Below are positions 18,329 through 27,514 of a DNA stretch of 56,523 nucleotides, one piece after another; position 1 is the stretch's first letter; each line of letters begins with the position of its first letter. The notes below the pieces were generated by a model. It did not search any database and was not told the DNA's origin. It saw nothing but the letters and a program-made list of their open reading frames with translations. The stretch spans positions 1 to 56,523 of the forward strand of contig JAGMBN010000001.1 of NCBI GenBank assembly GCA_023129655.1, written 5' to 3'. The stretch is from a bacterium (GTDB lineage: Bacteria; JAHJDO01). Both the position numbers and the translations under genes were made by a program.

Positions 18329-19237
18329 TCATAACTGTCTCCAGGCATTTTTAAGTCTTTTAAAATTATCATTTACTGTGTAATCAACAGTTTTGCCGGG
18401 GAATGGAGTCATTTCTAGCAACAGGTCGCCGCGGTTTTTCTTGTCAAGAAAGCCGCAGTCAAGTAGCGCACGCAGGATTATTTTTAATTCTTGCACATCA
18501 ATTTCGCCGCCTTCAAAACCAATTGGCGGATGGGTGTCGCCCCAACGTGGACTGTTTTTGTCCTTCAACACGCAATTGCCCAAGTGGATACGTTTAAGAT
18601 ATGGCGCGGTGCGTTCGATCGCCGAAGTGAAATCCTCGCGCATCAACGGCAAATGTGCCACGTCAAGCTCAAAACCGAAATTATTGTGTTTTGCGCTAAT
18701 CCGCTTCGCCAGTTTAACGCAATCGTCAATCGGTCCATATAGGAATTTCTTGTCAATATCCATATCAAACGGCTCGAGCAACGCGGTAATGTGATGTTTT
18801 TCCAACTTGACGCAGAGTTCAGCACAGAAGCAGTCAAAGGCCGTGAAATCCTCCGGCACGGCAGCGTAAAACGACGGCGTACCAGCGGGAAAGATAAACC
18901 CTTCAGCACCAATCGCCGCGGCCTGATTAATCATATCGTCAAGGATCATCCAGGTCTGAGCGTGATTAGCGGGGTCTTTTGCCGCCAGCGGCAGACTCCG
19001 CAATGGATAAAAGTGGATTGCGAAACAAACCGTTTTCCTGCACTTACAGATTGCCGAAATAAGCTCATTCTGGTATTCGTCGCCATAGGGCAGACAACAG
19101 TCAAAAGTTTCGATATCCGTACGCTTTATGAACTCCAGCAGTGTTTTTACATGTGCTTCCGGATCGTTACCGCATTCGGGGTAAAGCAGATGATGAACCA
19201 AACCGAGTTTTGCGTATTCTCTGATGTTGCCAATCAC
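18329..19237 (-). CDS. sugar-phosphate isomerase/epimerase (xylose-isomerase-like TIM barrel)
   Basis: Pattern GFELDVAHL...RIHLGNC is typical of the AP-endonuclease-2/xylose-isomerase-like barrel. GTG 19237 is preceded by AGGAGG and overlaps the upstream stop (GTGA). The ORF-track maximum start is 19273. Confidence 0.6.
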   Translation of the reverse strand: MIGNIREYAKLGLVHHLLYPECGNDPEAHVKTLLEFIKRTDIETFDCCLPYGDEYQNELISAICKCRKTVCFAIHFYPLRSLPLAAKDPANHAQTWMILDDMINQAAAIGAEGFIFPAGTPSFYAAVPEDFTAFDCFCAELCVKLEKHHITALLEPFDMDIDKKFLYGPIDDCVKLAKRISAKHNNFGFELDVAHLPLMREDFTSAIERTAPYLKRIHLGNCVLKDKNSPRWGDTHPPIGFEGGEIDVQELKIILRALLDCGFLDKKNRGDLLLEMTPFPGKTVDYTVNDNFKRLKNAWRQL

Positions 19238-19509
19238 ATTACCTCCTGACAGGGTTTGTAAAAAACTCCCCATTCAGCGTAATAGGAGCCATCAGGATTT
19301 TCTTTCACCTTATTAAATTTCACTCCACAACAAACACCGTCAAAATCAAAATGTTCTTCAAAATCAGTTTGAGATCCTGCTTCAGGGAGAATAGCTTTGT
19401 AAACATTGGGGTCAATTACGAACTCAACTATTGGAACTTTGTCTGGTTCCTTGAGTTCCATTGCTGTCATAATACGCTCGAAAGAACTTAATTCCATTAT
19501 TTTCCTCAT
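19234..19509 (-). CDS. 91-aa ORF resembling only the N-terminus of URO-D-like proteins (possible remnant or small subunit)
   Basis: SSFERIMTAMELKEPDKVPIVEF...DGSYYAEWGV resembles the first quarter of URO-D-like enzymes (compare the genes at 7837 and 8923). It ends in a GTGA overlap with the next gene. Confidence 0.35.
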   Translation of the reverse strand: MRKIMELSSFERIMTAMELKEPDKVPIVEFVIDPNVYKAILPEAGSQTDFEEHFDFDGVCCGVKFNKVKENPDGSYYAEWGVFYKPCQEVM

Positions 19510-19521
19510 ATTGTTCCCTTT

Positions 19522-21522
19522 CTACCGGCTCAATCTATTCCCTGGAAAATAATATATTCTGCCATCTTCAGCAGAGCCAACTATCATATCCAACTTGCCA
19601 TTATTATTCCAATCTACAGCAAAAGGACAACAGTGATGCATTCCCAGAAGAATAGGCCAGCCATCAAACTTAACAAAACCGGCATCTTTGAATACTGGCT
19701 CTCTATTCGTTCCAATATTCTTAAGCCATTTTACCGTTGCACTATCAGTATTTTTATCATATATAAAATCACTAGCGCAATAAAGGATATCCCATCTACC
19801 GTCATTATCCCAATCCACCGCACAAAGACGTATCCTGCCAGCATCAATATAAGTGTGATTTGCTATCCCCTCTTTAGTAATCCGCTTATCAAGCTTAATT
19901 AGATTACCTTTCTCATCTTTAAGGAACATCATCAATTTAAGATCAAGATAATTTGTCCTATCTTTTCTTTCATATACAGCCAGATGTCCTTTGGGATCCA
20001 GTGTTATCATCTCAGGTAATCCATCGTCATTTATATCCCAGCAGGTAGGACGTACACGCCAGACACTTCGAAACGGTTTGCCTTCCAAAAGTAATCCTTG
20101 TTTCTTTTTAAGTTCAGGTTTGGTCTTAGAACCTATATTCTGATAAAAAGAATAATTTCCTAAGACATCACACACAATAATATCCAAAAGCCCATCACCA
20201 TCCCAATCTACAACTAATGGTCCTGTATACCCACATTCAGTTTCCATAGGACTCTGGAGGCCCCCTCCACTTGGTTGCCTGTGCCAGATTACTTTACCCT
20301 CTGCCTGAAGGAATTCCATCTTTTCAAATTCAGGGGACTCTCTTGTACCTACATTTTCAAAGTAGCATATATGTCCAAATTCGTCCCCTGAGATAATATC
20401 TAAATCTCCATCACCATCCCAATCTACAACACTGGGGGTAGAGAAATCTCCCACAGAAAGAAATCCATTGATTTGGTTAATGAACCTGGATTTCCCCAGG
20501 ATGAGCGCTCCTTTATCTGAAAATCCAAGAAATTCATTATATTGGATATAAGCCTGATAGGTAGAAGATAGTATGGCCTTCTTCCCTCCCCAATGAACTA
20601 TTGTGGAGTGAAATATTGGTCTCAGTAATCTTAAAGGCTTGCCATCCTCAGAAATAGCAAAACCCCGGGAGACAAATTTTGGCTCTTGCCGAGTACCTGT
20701 ATTTTCAAAATAATGTAGCCGGCATGTCCAATCTCCGGAGATTATATCCATGTCTCCATCTTCATCTAAATCCACAGCAGAAGGGTTTGCCCATCCACAC
20801 ACATCTATTGGAGTGCCGTCAACGAGATTAATTTTGATTGGCTGGCTGAATTGTGGATTCTTCTGAGTGCCTTTATTTTTCAGTAGATAGGTAAATCCAT
20901 GCATAATGCCACCCTTCCATTTTCCATGTTCATCAAATCGTGTATTCCATAGGGTCTCCCAGTCTGCATCAGGCATCTCTTTTGGGTCTACCTTAGGCCA
21001 CGTAGTGCTAACGACCTCGGTACCAAGTAGAATGTCCAATGTGCCATCTCCTGTCCAATCAACCAGATGGAAGTGGCAGCAAGACTCATCTTTATATTCT
21101 TTTTTCAACATACTATTGATACCGCTTAGCAATTCAACCGGGTAATCAAATGTCAATTTCCCATCCTCGGATGTGTTTGGGTAAAGCAAAATTTTATCCT
21201 CTATCCGAACAGCAATATCAAATTTGCCTTTTCCATACCAATCTACAGCATGTCCCTCACTACCATAGGGAACAATTCGTTTCTCCGTAAACCGTCCCTG
21301 TGGATACTGGGGTGACATAGGTTTGTGGAAAATGGGTATTCCATCTTTTTCGTAGTCAAATACCTTAGCAATATAAAACCCACCACTCAAATTAAAGCTA
21401 AATATAACAAGCTCTTCTTCTCCGTCACCATCAATATCCACAGCCGATACTCCACCACCCACATGCCCTCCCACATAAGGGCTAATACTTCCTTCTTTAA
21501 ACTTTAATGCTTCATAGAACAT
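19522..21522 (-). CDS. FG-GAP/VCBS-repeat beta-propeller protein without a signal peptide
   Basis: About 666 aa from ATG 21522 (GGGAGGAAG RBS). Eight Ca-loop-like repeats: VDIDGDGEEE, VDWTGDGTLDIL, VDLDEDGDMDII, VDWDGDGDLDII, VDWDGDGLLDII, WDINDDGLPE, VDWDNDGRWDIL and VDWNNNGKLDMI. Confidence 0.75.
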   Translation of the reverse strand: MFYEALKFKEGSISPYVGGHVGGGVSAVDIDGDGEEELVIFSFNLSGGFYIAKVFDYEKDGIPIFHKPMSPQYPQGRFTEKRIVPYGSEGHAVDWYGKGKFDIAVRIEDKILLYPNTSEDGKLTFDYPVELLSGINSMLKKEYKDESCCHFHLVDWTGDGTLDILLGTEVVSTTWPKVDPKEMPDADWETLWNTRFDEHGKWKGGIMHGFTYLLKNKGTQKNPQFSQPIKINLVDGTPIDVCGWANPSAVDLDEDGDMDIISGDWTCRLHYFENTGTRQEPKFVSRGFAISEDGKPLRLLRPIFHSTIVHWGGKKAILSSTYQAYIQYNEFLGFSDKGALILGKSRFINQINGFLSVGDFSTPSVVDWDGDGDLDIISGDEFGHICYFENVGTRESPEFEKMEFLQAEGKVIWHRQPSGGGLQSPMETECGYTGPLVVDWDGDGLLDIIVCDVLGNYSFYQNIGSKTKPELKKKQGLLLEGKPFRSVWRVRPTCWDINDDGLPEMITLDPKGHLAVYERKDRTNYLDLKLMMFLKDEKGNLIKLDKRITKEGIANHTYIDAGRIRLCAVDWDNDGRWDILYCASDFIYDKNTDSATVKWLKNIGTNREPVFKDAGFVKFDGWPILLGMHHCCPFAVDWNNNGKLDMIVGSAEDGRIYYFPGNRLSR

Positions 21523-21625
21523 TTTCTTCCTCCCATGTATATAGCACAAGCTCATTCTTGCACTATTTAATTTATTCTTCTTACAACAATTCGATCAACG
21601 CTTTTGCCAAACAAAAGTGCAATGC

Positions 21626-22327
21626 TCATCTGCTTTCTTCTGTCAACTTTCCGTCAATAACAGATGGTGAACTGGTTTTCGTTAAGTTAAACTCACTCAT
21701 CTCCAATTTAAATCCTACACGTACATGCTTGCGCATCATTGCCTCGGCTTTGTCAGGGTCACCTTCGATTATACTTTTAACCAATCTAGTATGCCAATTT
21801 CTATTTTTTTTATGCCATGAGTTATCAACTTTTACAGTGTTATGCCAGAACATATACTGAAGATTTAATCTTTCTATATTCTCAACTAATTTTCGACAGC
21901 CACTTTCTATAGCAATTTTCATATGTAAATCATAATGCAATTTAATAAGATTAACCTGGTTGATTCTATCTGACTCAAACTTCTTATCCACTTCGCTCGC
22001 AAGTTTGATTAACTCTTCCGCCTTTTGAGAATTTATCTTTTTAGCGACAATCCTTGCCGCCATTCCTTCCAATGCCTCACGAACAATATATCTTCCTTCC
22101 AATTCAGCAATATCTAAATCACAAATCTTGACACCCCATTTAGGCTCTATTTCAATAAGTCCGTCATGTTCCAACTTTCTAAATATTTCTCGGGCAGTGA
22201 TAGTTGTAATCCCAAAGCGTTCTGCTATTCTTCGTTGAGGCAATGATTGTCCTGGGCAGAACTCTCCTGAAATAATCGCTTTTTTTAAATTCCTATAGCC
22301 TTTTTCTATTAAAGTTTCGCTTTTCAT
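21626..22327 (-). CDS. GntR-family transcriptional regulator, FadR subtype (FCD domain)
   Basis: N-terminal wHTH LPQRRIAERFGITTITAREIFRKLEHDGLIEI, followed by an all-helical C-terminal domain of FadR/FCD size. Confidence 0.85.
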   Translation of the reverse strand: MKSETLIEKGYRNLKKAIISGEFCPGQSLPQRRIAERFGITTITAREIFRKLEHDGLIEIEPKWGVKICDLDIAELEGRYIVREALEGMAARIVAKKINSQKAEELIKLASEVDKKFESDRINQVNLIKLHYDLHMKIAIESGCRKLVENIERLNLQYMFWHNTVKVDNSWHKKNRNWHTRLVKSIIEGDPDKAEAMMRKHVRVGFKLEMSEFNLTKTSSPSVIDGKLTEESR

Positions 22328-22334
22328 CTTAGTT

Positions 22335-22381
22335 TATCTGGTATACCAGATATATTATAGAGTTATTTAACAAACTGTCAA
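22335..22381 (-). promoter_or_regulatory. consensus promoter plus perfect 18-bp palindromic GntR-type operator
   Basis: On the minus strand: TTGACA (22381-22376), 16-nt spacer, TATAAT (22359-22354). Immediately after comes TATCTGGTATACCAGATA (22352-22335), which ends 8 nt before the gntR ATG. Confidence 0.65.
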
Positions 22382-22448
22382 TTAGTTTTTTTGTGAAGTT
22401 TTTTTTGTGAAGTTTGACTTTAAATACAAAATTTGGGATTATATCTCT

Positions 22449-24545
22449 ATGCTTAATCCGGATACTTCTATCCAATACATAAAAGGCGTTGGACCAAAAA
22501 GAGTTGCGCTATTTGAACGACTTGGTATCCAAACAGTCAAAGATCTCCTTTATTATATTCCACGAAGATATGAAGATAGAAGCGACTTTTCTCCTATTGC
22601 AAGACTCCGTATTGGAGAGCAGAACACAGTTGTGGGAAAAGTTCTGACAAGTGGGGTTCAGAAATTAAAGAGAAATTTGAGCATACTCAAGGTAGCTATT
22701 GATGACGGCACAGGCATAATATACGCTGTATGGTTTAATCAGCCGTTTTTGGAAGAACAGTTTAAGATCGGTACAAAGCTTGTTGTAAGCGGTAAGGTTC
22801 AGTTATACGGCAGAAAATTACAAATATCCAGCCAGTCTTATGAAATTTTACGTTCCAAAGATAAAGAGAGCGAAACAGAAGAACTAATTCATACAGGAAG
22901 AATCGTTCCTTTTTATCCTTTAACGCAGGATATATCACAACGGAGAATAAGGAGAATGATTAAAAATGCTCTGGATAACTGCCTTGATCAGATAAATGAT
23001 ATGCTTTCGCAGGATATTAAAGATAGATATAACATGGTAGATACTAAGCAAGCTCTTTTAAACATTCATTTTCCTGAGACTCAAAAGGATAGTGAGTCAG
23101 CTTATAGAAGAATTGTTTTTGATGAATTTTTGTTGCTGCAATTAGGAATTCTTTTAAAAAGGGCATCTATTTCAGAGCCCCAGCTTGGTATAAAACATCA
23201 AAATAAAGGAAGACTGCTGGAGCAATTTCTCAAGACCCTGCCATTCAAGCTGACTGATGCGCAGCATAGAGTTATAGATGAAATAAATCGGGATATGACA
23301 TCTGAAGAACAAATGAACAGATTGATTCAGGGCGAAGTTGGATCAGGAAAAACTATTGTTGCAATTGCTGCGTTGCTGATTAGTATTGAAAATGATTATC
23401 AAGGAGCCATAATGGCGCCGACAGAGATACTGGCGGAACAGCATTACATTACTCTGGCAGAAATGCTCTCTCATCTTGGAATAAAAATTGATTTACTGAT
23501 TGGCAGTACCCCTCAAAAATCGCGCGTAGAGATCACGGAAAATATACGCAATGGAATTACTGATATTATTATTGGAACACATACATTAGTTCAAGAGAAC
23601 ATTAAGTTTAAGAGACTAGGGCTTATAGTAATAGATGAACAACATCGTTTTGGCGTGATGCAGCGTAACATGCTAAGAAAGAAAGGGCTTAATCCTGATG
23701 TTCTGGTGATGACTGCTACACCTATACCCAGAACTCTTGCACTCACTGTGTATGGGGACTTGGATATTTCTACGATCAGGGAACTTCCTCCTGGAAGAGG
23801 CACTGTGTCAACGTATTGGGTATCAAAATCACAGCTCCAAGGAGTATATGAGTTTATTGAGGAAGAGATAAAAAGAGGGCGGCAGGCATATGTTGTCTCT
23901 CCTTTAATCGAGGAGTCACATATAATAGAGGCTCCGATAGTTATCGGAGTTACTCAGCTCTTTGAACATTTCAAGAAGGAGAGATTTCCAAATCTAAGAA
24001 TAGGGCTTTTACATGGGCAAATGAAAAATGAAGATAAAGAAAAGGTAATGCAGGAGTTTCGCGAAAACAAGATTAATATACTGGTGTCTACAACGGTTAT
24101 TGAAGTTGGTATAGATATTCCTAATGCAACTATAATGCTGATAGAGAATGCGGAGCGATTTGGTCTGTCACAACTTCATCAGCTTAGAGGCAGAATTGGC
24201 AGGGGCAGGAACCAATCATATTGTATATTACATGGTATGCCAAAAACCCCTGAAGCGCAGAAGCGGATGACAGTTATGACGCAAACGCAGGATGGCTTTA
24301 GAATTGCGCAGGAGGATCTGGAAATTAGAGGTCCGGGAGAATTCTTTGGAACAAAGCAGCATGGTCTGCCTGAATTAAAAATCGGCAATATAATTTTAGA
24401 TATAGATATAATGGAGATTGCCAGAAAAGAGGCAGTAAATATAATCAAGACTGATCCTGAACTCTCAGCTAAAAAGAATTATCTTATTAAGAGAAATTTT
24501 CTGCAGAGTTTTAAACACAGGATTGATTTGGTAAAGGTGGGATAG
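22449..24545 (+). CDS. recG: ATP-dependent DNA helicase RecG
   Basis: N-terminal wedge/OB region, helicase motifs GEVGSGKT, DEQHRFG and TATPIPRT, and C-terminal QLHQLRGRIGRG. ATG 22449 is preferred over GTG 22407, which lies in a tandem repeat. Confidence 0.9.
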   Translation: MLNPDTSIQYIKGVGPKRVALFERLGIQTVKDLLYYIPRRYEDRSDFSPIARLRIGEQNTVVGKVLTSGVQKLKRNLSILKVAIDDGTGIIYAVWFNQPFLEEQFKIGTKLVVSGKVQLYGRKLQISSQSYEILRSKDKESETEELIHTGRIVPFYPLTQDISQRRIRRMIKNALDNCLDQINDMLSQDIKDRYNMVDTKQALLNIHFPETQKDSESAYRRIVFDEFLLLQLGILLKRASISEPQLGIKHQNKGRLLEQFLKTLPFKLTDAQHRVIDEINRDMTSEEQMNRLIQGEVGSGKTIVAIAALLISIENDYQGAIMAPTEILAEQHYITLAEMLSHLGIKIDLLIGSTPQKSRVEITENIRNGITDIIIGTHTLVQENIKFKRLGLIVIDEQHRFGVMQRNMLRKKGLNPDVLVMTATPIPRTLALTVYGDLDISTIRELPPGRGTVSTYWVSKSQLQGVYEFIEEEIKRGRQAYVVSPLIEESHIIEAPIVIGVTQLFEHFKKERFPNLRIGLLHGQMKNEDKEKVMQEFRENKINILVSTTVIEVGIDIPNATIMLIENAERFGLSQLHQLRGRIGRGRNQSYCILHGMPKTPEAQKRMTVMTQTQDGFRIAQEDLEIRGPGEFFGTKQHGLPELKIGNIILDIDIMEIARKEAVNIIKTDPELSAKKNYLIKRNFLQSFKHRIDLVKVG

Positions 24546-24561
24546 GAAGGAGGCAGTTATT

Positions 24562-25263
24562 ATGCATGTAGAAGATTTTAAATCTGCTGACACATGGCGT
24601 GTTTTCAGGATAATGGCGGAGTTTATAGAGGGCTTTGAGATATTATCAAAAGTAGGTAAAGCTGTAAGCATTTTTGGTTCTTCCAGAGTAAAACCTAATG
24701 ACAAATATTACAAAATGGCTGAAGAACTGGCAGGCATGCTTGTAAAAGAAGGTTATGCTATTATTAGCGGCGGTGGGCCCGGGATAATGGAAGCTTCCAA
24801 CAAAGGCGCGTTTAAGGTAGGGGGAGAATCAATAGGATTGAACATTGAAATACCACGAGAACAAAAGCCAAACAAGTTTATCAAAACTCTTCTTAACTTC
24901 AGATATTTCTTTTGCAGAAAAGTAATGTTTGTTAAGTATGCGTCTGCTTATGTTGTCTTTCCAGGCGGTTATGGAACAATGGATGAATTCTTTGAGGCGC
25001 TTACATTAATACAAACCAAAAGAATTAACTCTTTTCCTGTAATTCTGGTAGGAGAGAAATACTGGAAAGAGTTGGTTGAATGGATTAATGGAGAACTTGT
25101 CAGCCGAAATTATATTTCTAAAAAAGATACAAATATTTTCCATGTTGCAGACACTTCTCAGGAAGTAGTAGAAGTTATAAAAAAATTTTACAAAAAAACT
25201 CTACTCCTGCCAGCAATTCCGCAACTGAAAAATCGATTTGATTCTTCAGCCCATTCAAGTTAA
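24562..25263 (+). CDS. LOG-family (TIGR00730-type) nucleotide phosphoribohydrolase
   Basis: GGGPGIMEA and PGGYGTMDEFFE motifs. Strong RBS GGAAGGAGG upstream. Confidence 0.85.
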   Translation: MHVEDFKSADTWRVFRIMAEFIEGFEILSKVGKAVSIFGSSRVKPNDKYYKMAEELAGMLVKEGYAIISGGGPGIMEASNKGAFKVGGESIGLNIEIPREQKPNKFIKTLLNFRYFFCRKVMFVKYASAYVVFPGGYGTMDEFFEALTLIQTKRINSFPVILVGEKYWKELVEWINGELVSRNYISKKDTNIFHVADTSQEVVEVIKKFYKKTLLLPAIPQLKNRFDSSAHSS

Positions 25264-25442
25264 AAGTTGTTTTTAAAAAGCAAAAATGGTATTTTGTTTT
25301 TGAGTCTAGAGGGGAAAGAAAAGAGAGCTAAGCAGACTATATTGAGGGAATTATAGATGTTAAAGATAGATTTTTGTAATAGGTTAGGAGAAAATTAACA
25401 ATAATATTTTGACAATACCATCCAAAAATCAAGGAGACGGAA

Positions 25443-27443
25443 ATGCAATTTGATAAAAATGATGCTCTCGCAATAAATACAATAAAAATGCTTTCGGTGG
25501 ATGCTGTTCAAAAAGCAAATTCAGGACATCCCGGGCTTCCGATGGGAGTTGCGGATTATGCGTATGTGGTTTGGACAAGATTTTTGAGATACAATCCAAA
25601 GGATACAACATGGATAAATAGAGATAGATTTGTTCTTTCCGGAGGACATGGCTCAACACTTCTCTACTCTTTGCTTCATTTGAGCGGATTCAACTTATCG
25701 CTTGAGGATCTGAAAAACTTCAGGCAATGGGACAGCAAAACTCCGGGACATCCTGAATATGGGGTAACTCCTGGCGTTGATACAACAACCGGCCCGCTTG
25801 GGCAGGGATTTGCAAACGGGGTCGGGATGGCAATATCCGGGAAAATCTTTGAAAACAGGTTTAATGCAGACAATATCAAACTTTTTGATCCATATATTTA
25901 CGGCATAGTAACCGATGGTGATCTAATGGAAGGTATTAGCGCAGAAGCAGCGTCTTTTGCAGGACATCTTGGGCTTGGGAACATTATATATTTTTATGAT
26001 GATAATCACATTACTATTGAAGGAGATACTTCTCTTGCCTTTAGTGAAAATGTAGGGAAACGCTTTGAAGCATATGACTGGCAAGTAATAAAAATTGATC
26101 CATATAATCTGAATGAAATTGCAGGGGCAATTGACTCAGGACAAAGAGAAAAAAACAAGCCAACCTTGATTATAGGCAGAACCAATATAGCAAAAGGATC
26201 TCCTAATAAACAGGATTGCGCATCTGCACACGGCGAGCCTTTGGGAGAAGAGGAAGTAAAACTGACAAAGCAAAACATTGGCTGGCCTCTTGAACCTGCT
26301 TTTTATATACCAGAGGAAACAAAGGAAGTCTTTGAAAAATGTAATGAGAAGAAACTTTTAATCTATAAAGACTGGAAAAACAAGCTGGAAGAATACAAAA
26401 CAAAATATCCGCAAAAAGCAGAGAACTTGAATAACCGGCTGAATAAAGAAATCCCAGAAAATATAGCAGATGCTTTACCCAGCTTTGAAAACAAACCTGT
26501 CGCAACACGAAATGCTGCAGGCGAAGTAATGCAGGCTATTGCAGAAAAAGTTCCTTTTCTTATCGGAGGTTCAGCAGATCTGTCTCCATCCACGAAGACG
26601 ATACTGAAAAAATATGAATCTATAAATAGAGGGAAGTTCGCTGGACGCAATATACATTTTGGCATAAGAGAACACTGCATGGGCGGAGTATTGAATGGCA
26701 TGGCTCTTTTCGGCGGCATTATTCCGTACGGCTCCACATTCTTTGTGTTCTCAGACTATATGAGACCTTCCATACGGCTTGCAGCTCTTATGAAGCAGCA
26801 GGTAATCTATGTTTTTACACATGACAGTATTTTTGTAGGGGAAGATGGCGCAACACACGAACCAATTGAACAAGCAGCCTCGCTTCGCTTGATACCAAAC
26901 CTAACAGTAATAAGACCAGCTGATGCGTCTGAAACATCTGCCGCATGGATAGAGGCTCTTAAAAACAAAAATGGACCAACTGCTATTCTTTTAACAAGAC
27001 AAAAAGTTCCTGTAATTGACAGAAATAAATATCCGTCAGCAAAAAACCTTTCTAAAGGGGCGTATGTATTAATAGATAGCAAATCCGAAGTACCTGAACT
27101 TGTTATTATTGCCTCCGGCTCTGAAGTCAGTATTTGTATGGAAGCAGCAGAACGTCTGAATAAGGAAGGACGTAATGTGAGACTTGTGAATATACCAAGC
27201 GTTGAAATGTTTGAAGCGCAGTCCGGCTCATATATTGAAAAAGTTATTCCGTCATTATGCAGGAAGAGATTAGTAGTTGAAGCCGGCTCAACTGCAGGAT
27301 GGTATAAATACGCGGGATTAGATGGAAAAGTACTGGGAATTGATGAATTCGGAGCTTCTGCGCCGCATGAAATATTAGCGGAAAAATTCGGGTTTACTGC
27401 TGATAATGTGTATAGGAAGGCGCTAGAGATGATAAAAAAATAA
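25443..27443 (+). CDS. tkt: transketolase
   Basis: 666 aa. GHPGLPMG, SGGHGS and the TPP-binding GDLMEG-type region. Typical length and architecture. Confidence 0.95.
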   Translation: MQFDKNDALAINTIKMLSVDAVQKANSGHPGLPMGVADYAYVVWTRFLRYNPKDTTWINRDRFVLSGGHGSTLLYSLLHLSGFNLSLEDLKNFRQWDSKTPGHPEYGVTPGVDTTTGPLGQGFANGVGMAISGKIFENRFNADNIKLFDPYIYGIVTDGDLMEGISAEAASFAGHLGLGNIIYFYDDNHITIEGDTSLAFSENVGKRFEAYDWQVIKIDPYNLNEIAGAIDSGQREKNKPTLIIGRTNIAKGSPNKQDCASAHGEPLGEEEVKLTKQNIGWPLEPAFYIPEETKEVFEKCNEKKLLIYKDWKNKLEEYKTKYPQKAENLNNRLNKEIPENIADALPSFENKPVATRNAAGEVMQAIAEKVPFLIGGSADLSPSTKTILKKYESINRGKFAGRNIHFGIREHCMGGVLNGMALFGGIIPYGSTFFVFSDYMRPSIRLAALMKQQVIYVFTHDSIFVGEDGATHEPIEQAASLRLIPNLTVIRPADASETSAAWIEALKNKNGPTAILLTRQKVPVIDRNKYPSAKNLSKGAYVLIDSKSEVPELVIIASGSEVSICMEAAERLNKEGRNVRLVNIPSVEMFEAQSGSYIEKVIPSLCRKRLVVEAGSTAGWYKYAGLDGKVLGIDEFGASAPHEILAEKFGFTADNVYRKALEMIKK

Positions 27444-27514
27444 TTTCTAATTTCTAATTATTAATCAATTCTTAATGCTTAAATTTTTAAATATAATAAA
27501 CAATGGAGAGTGCA

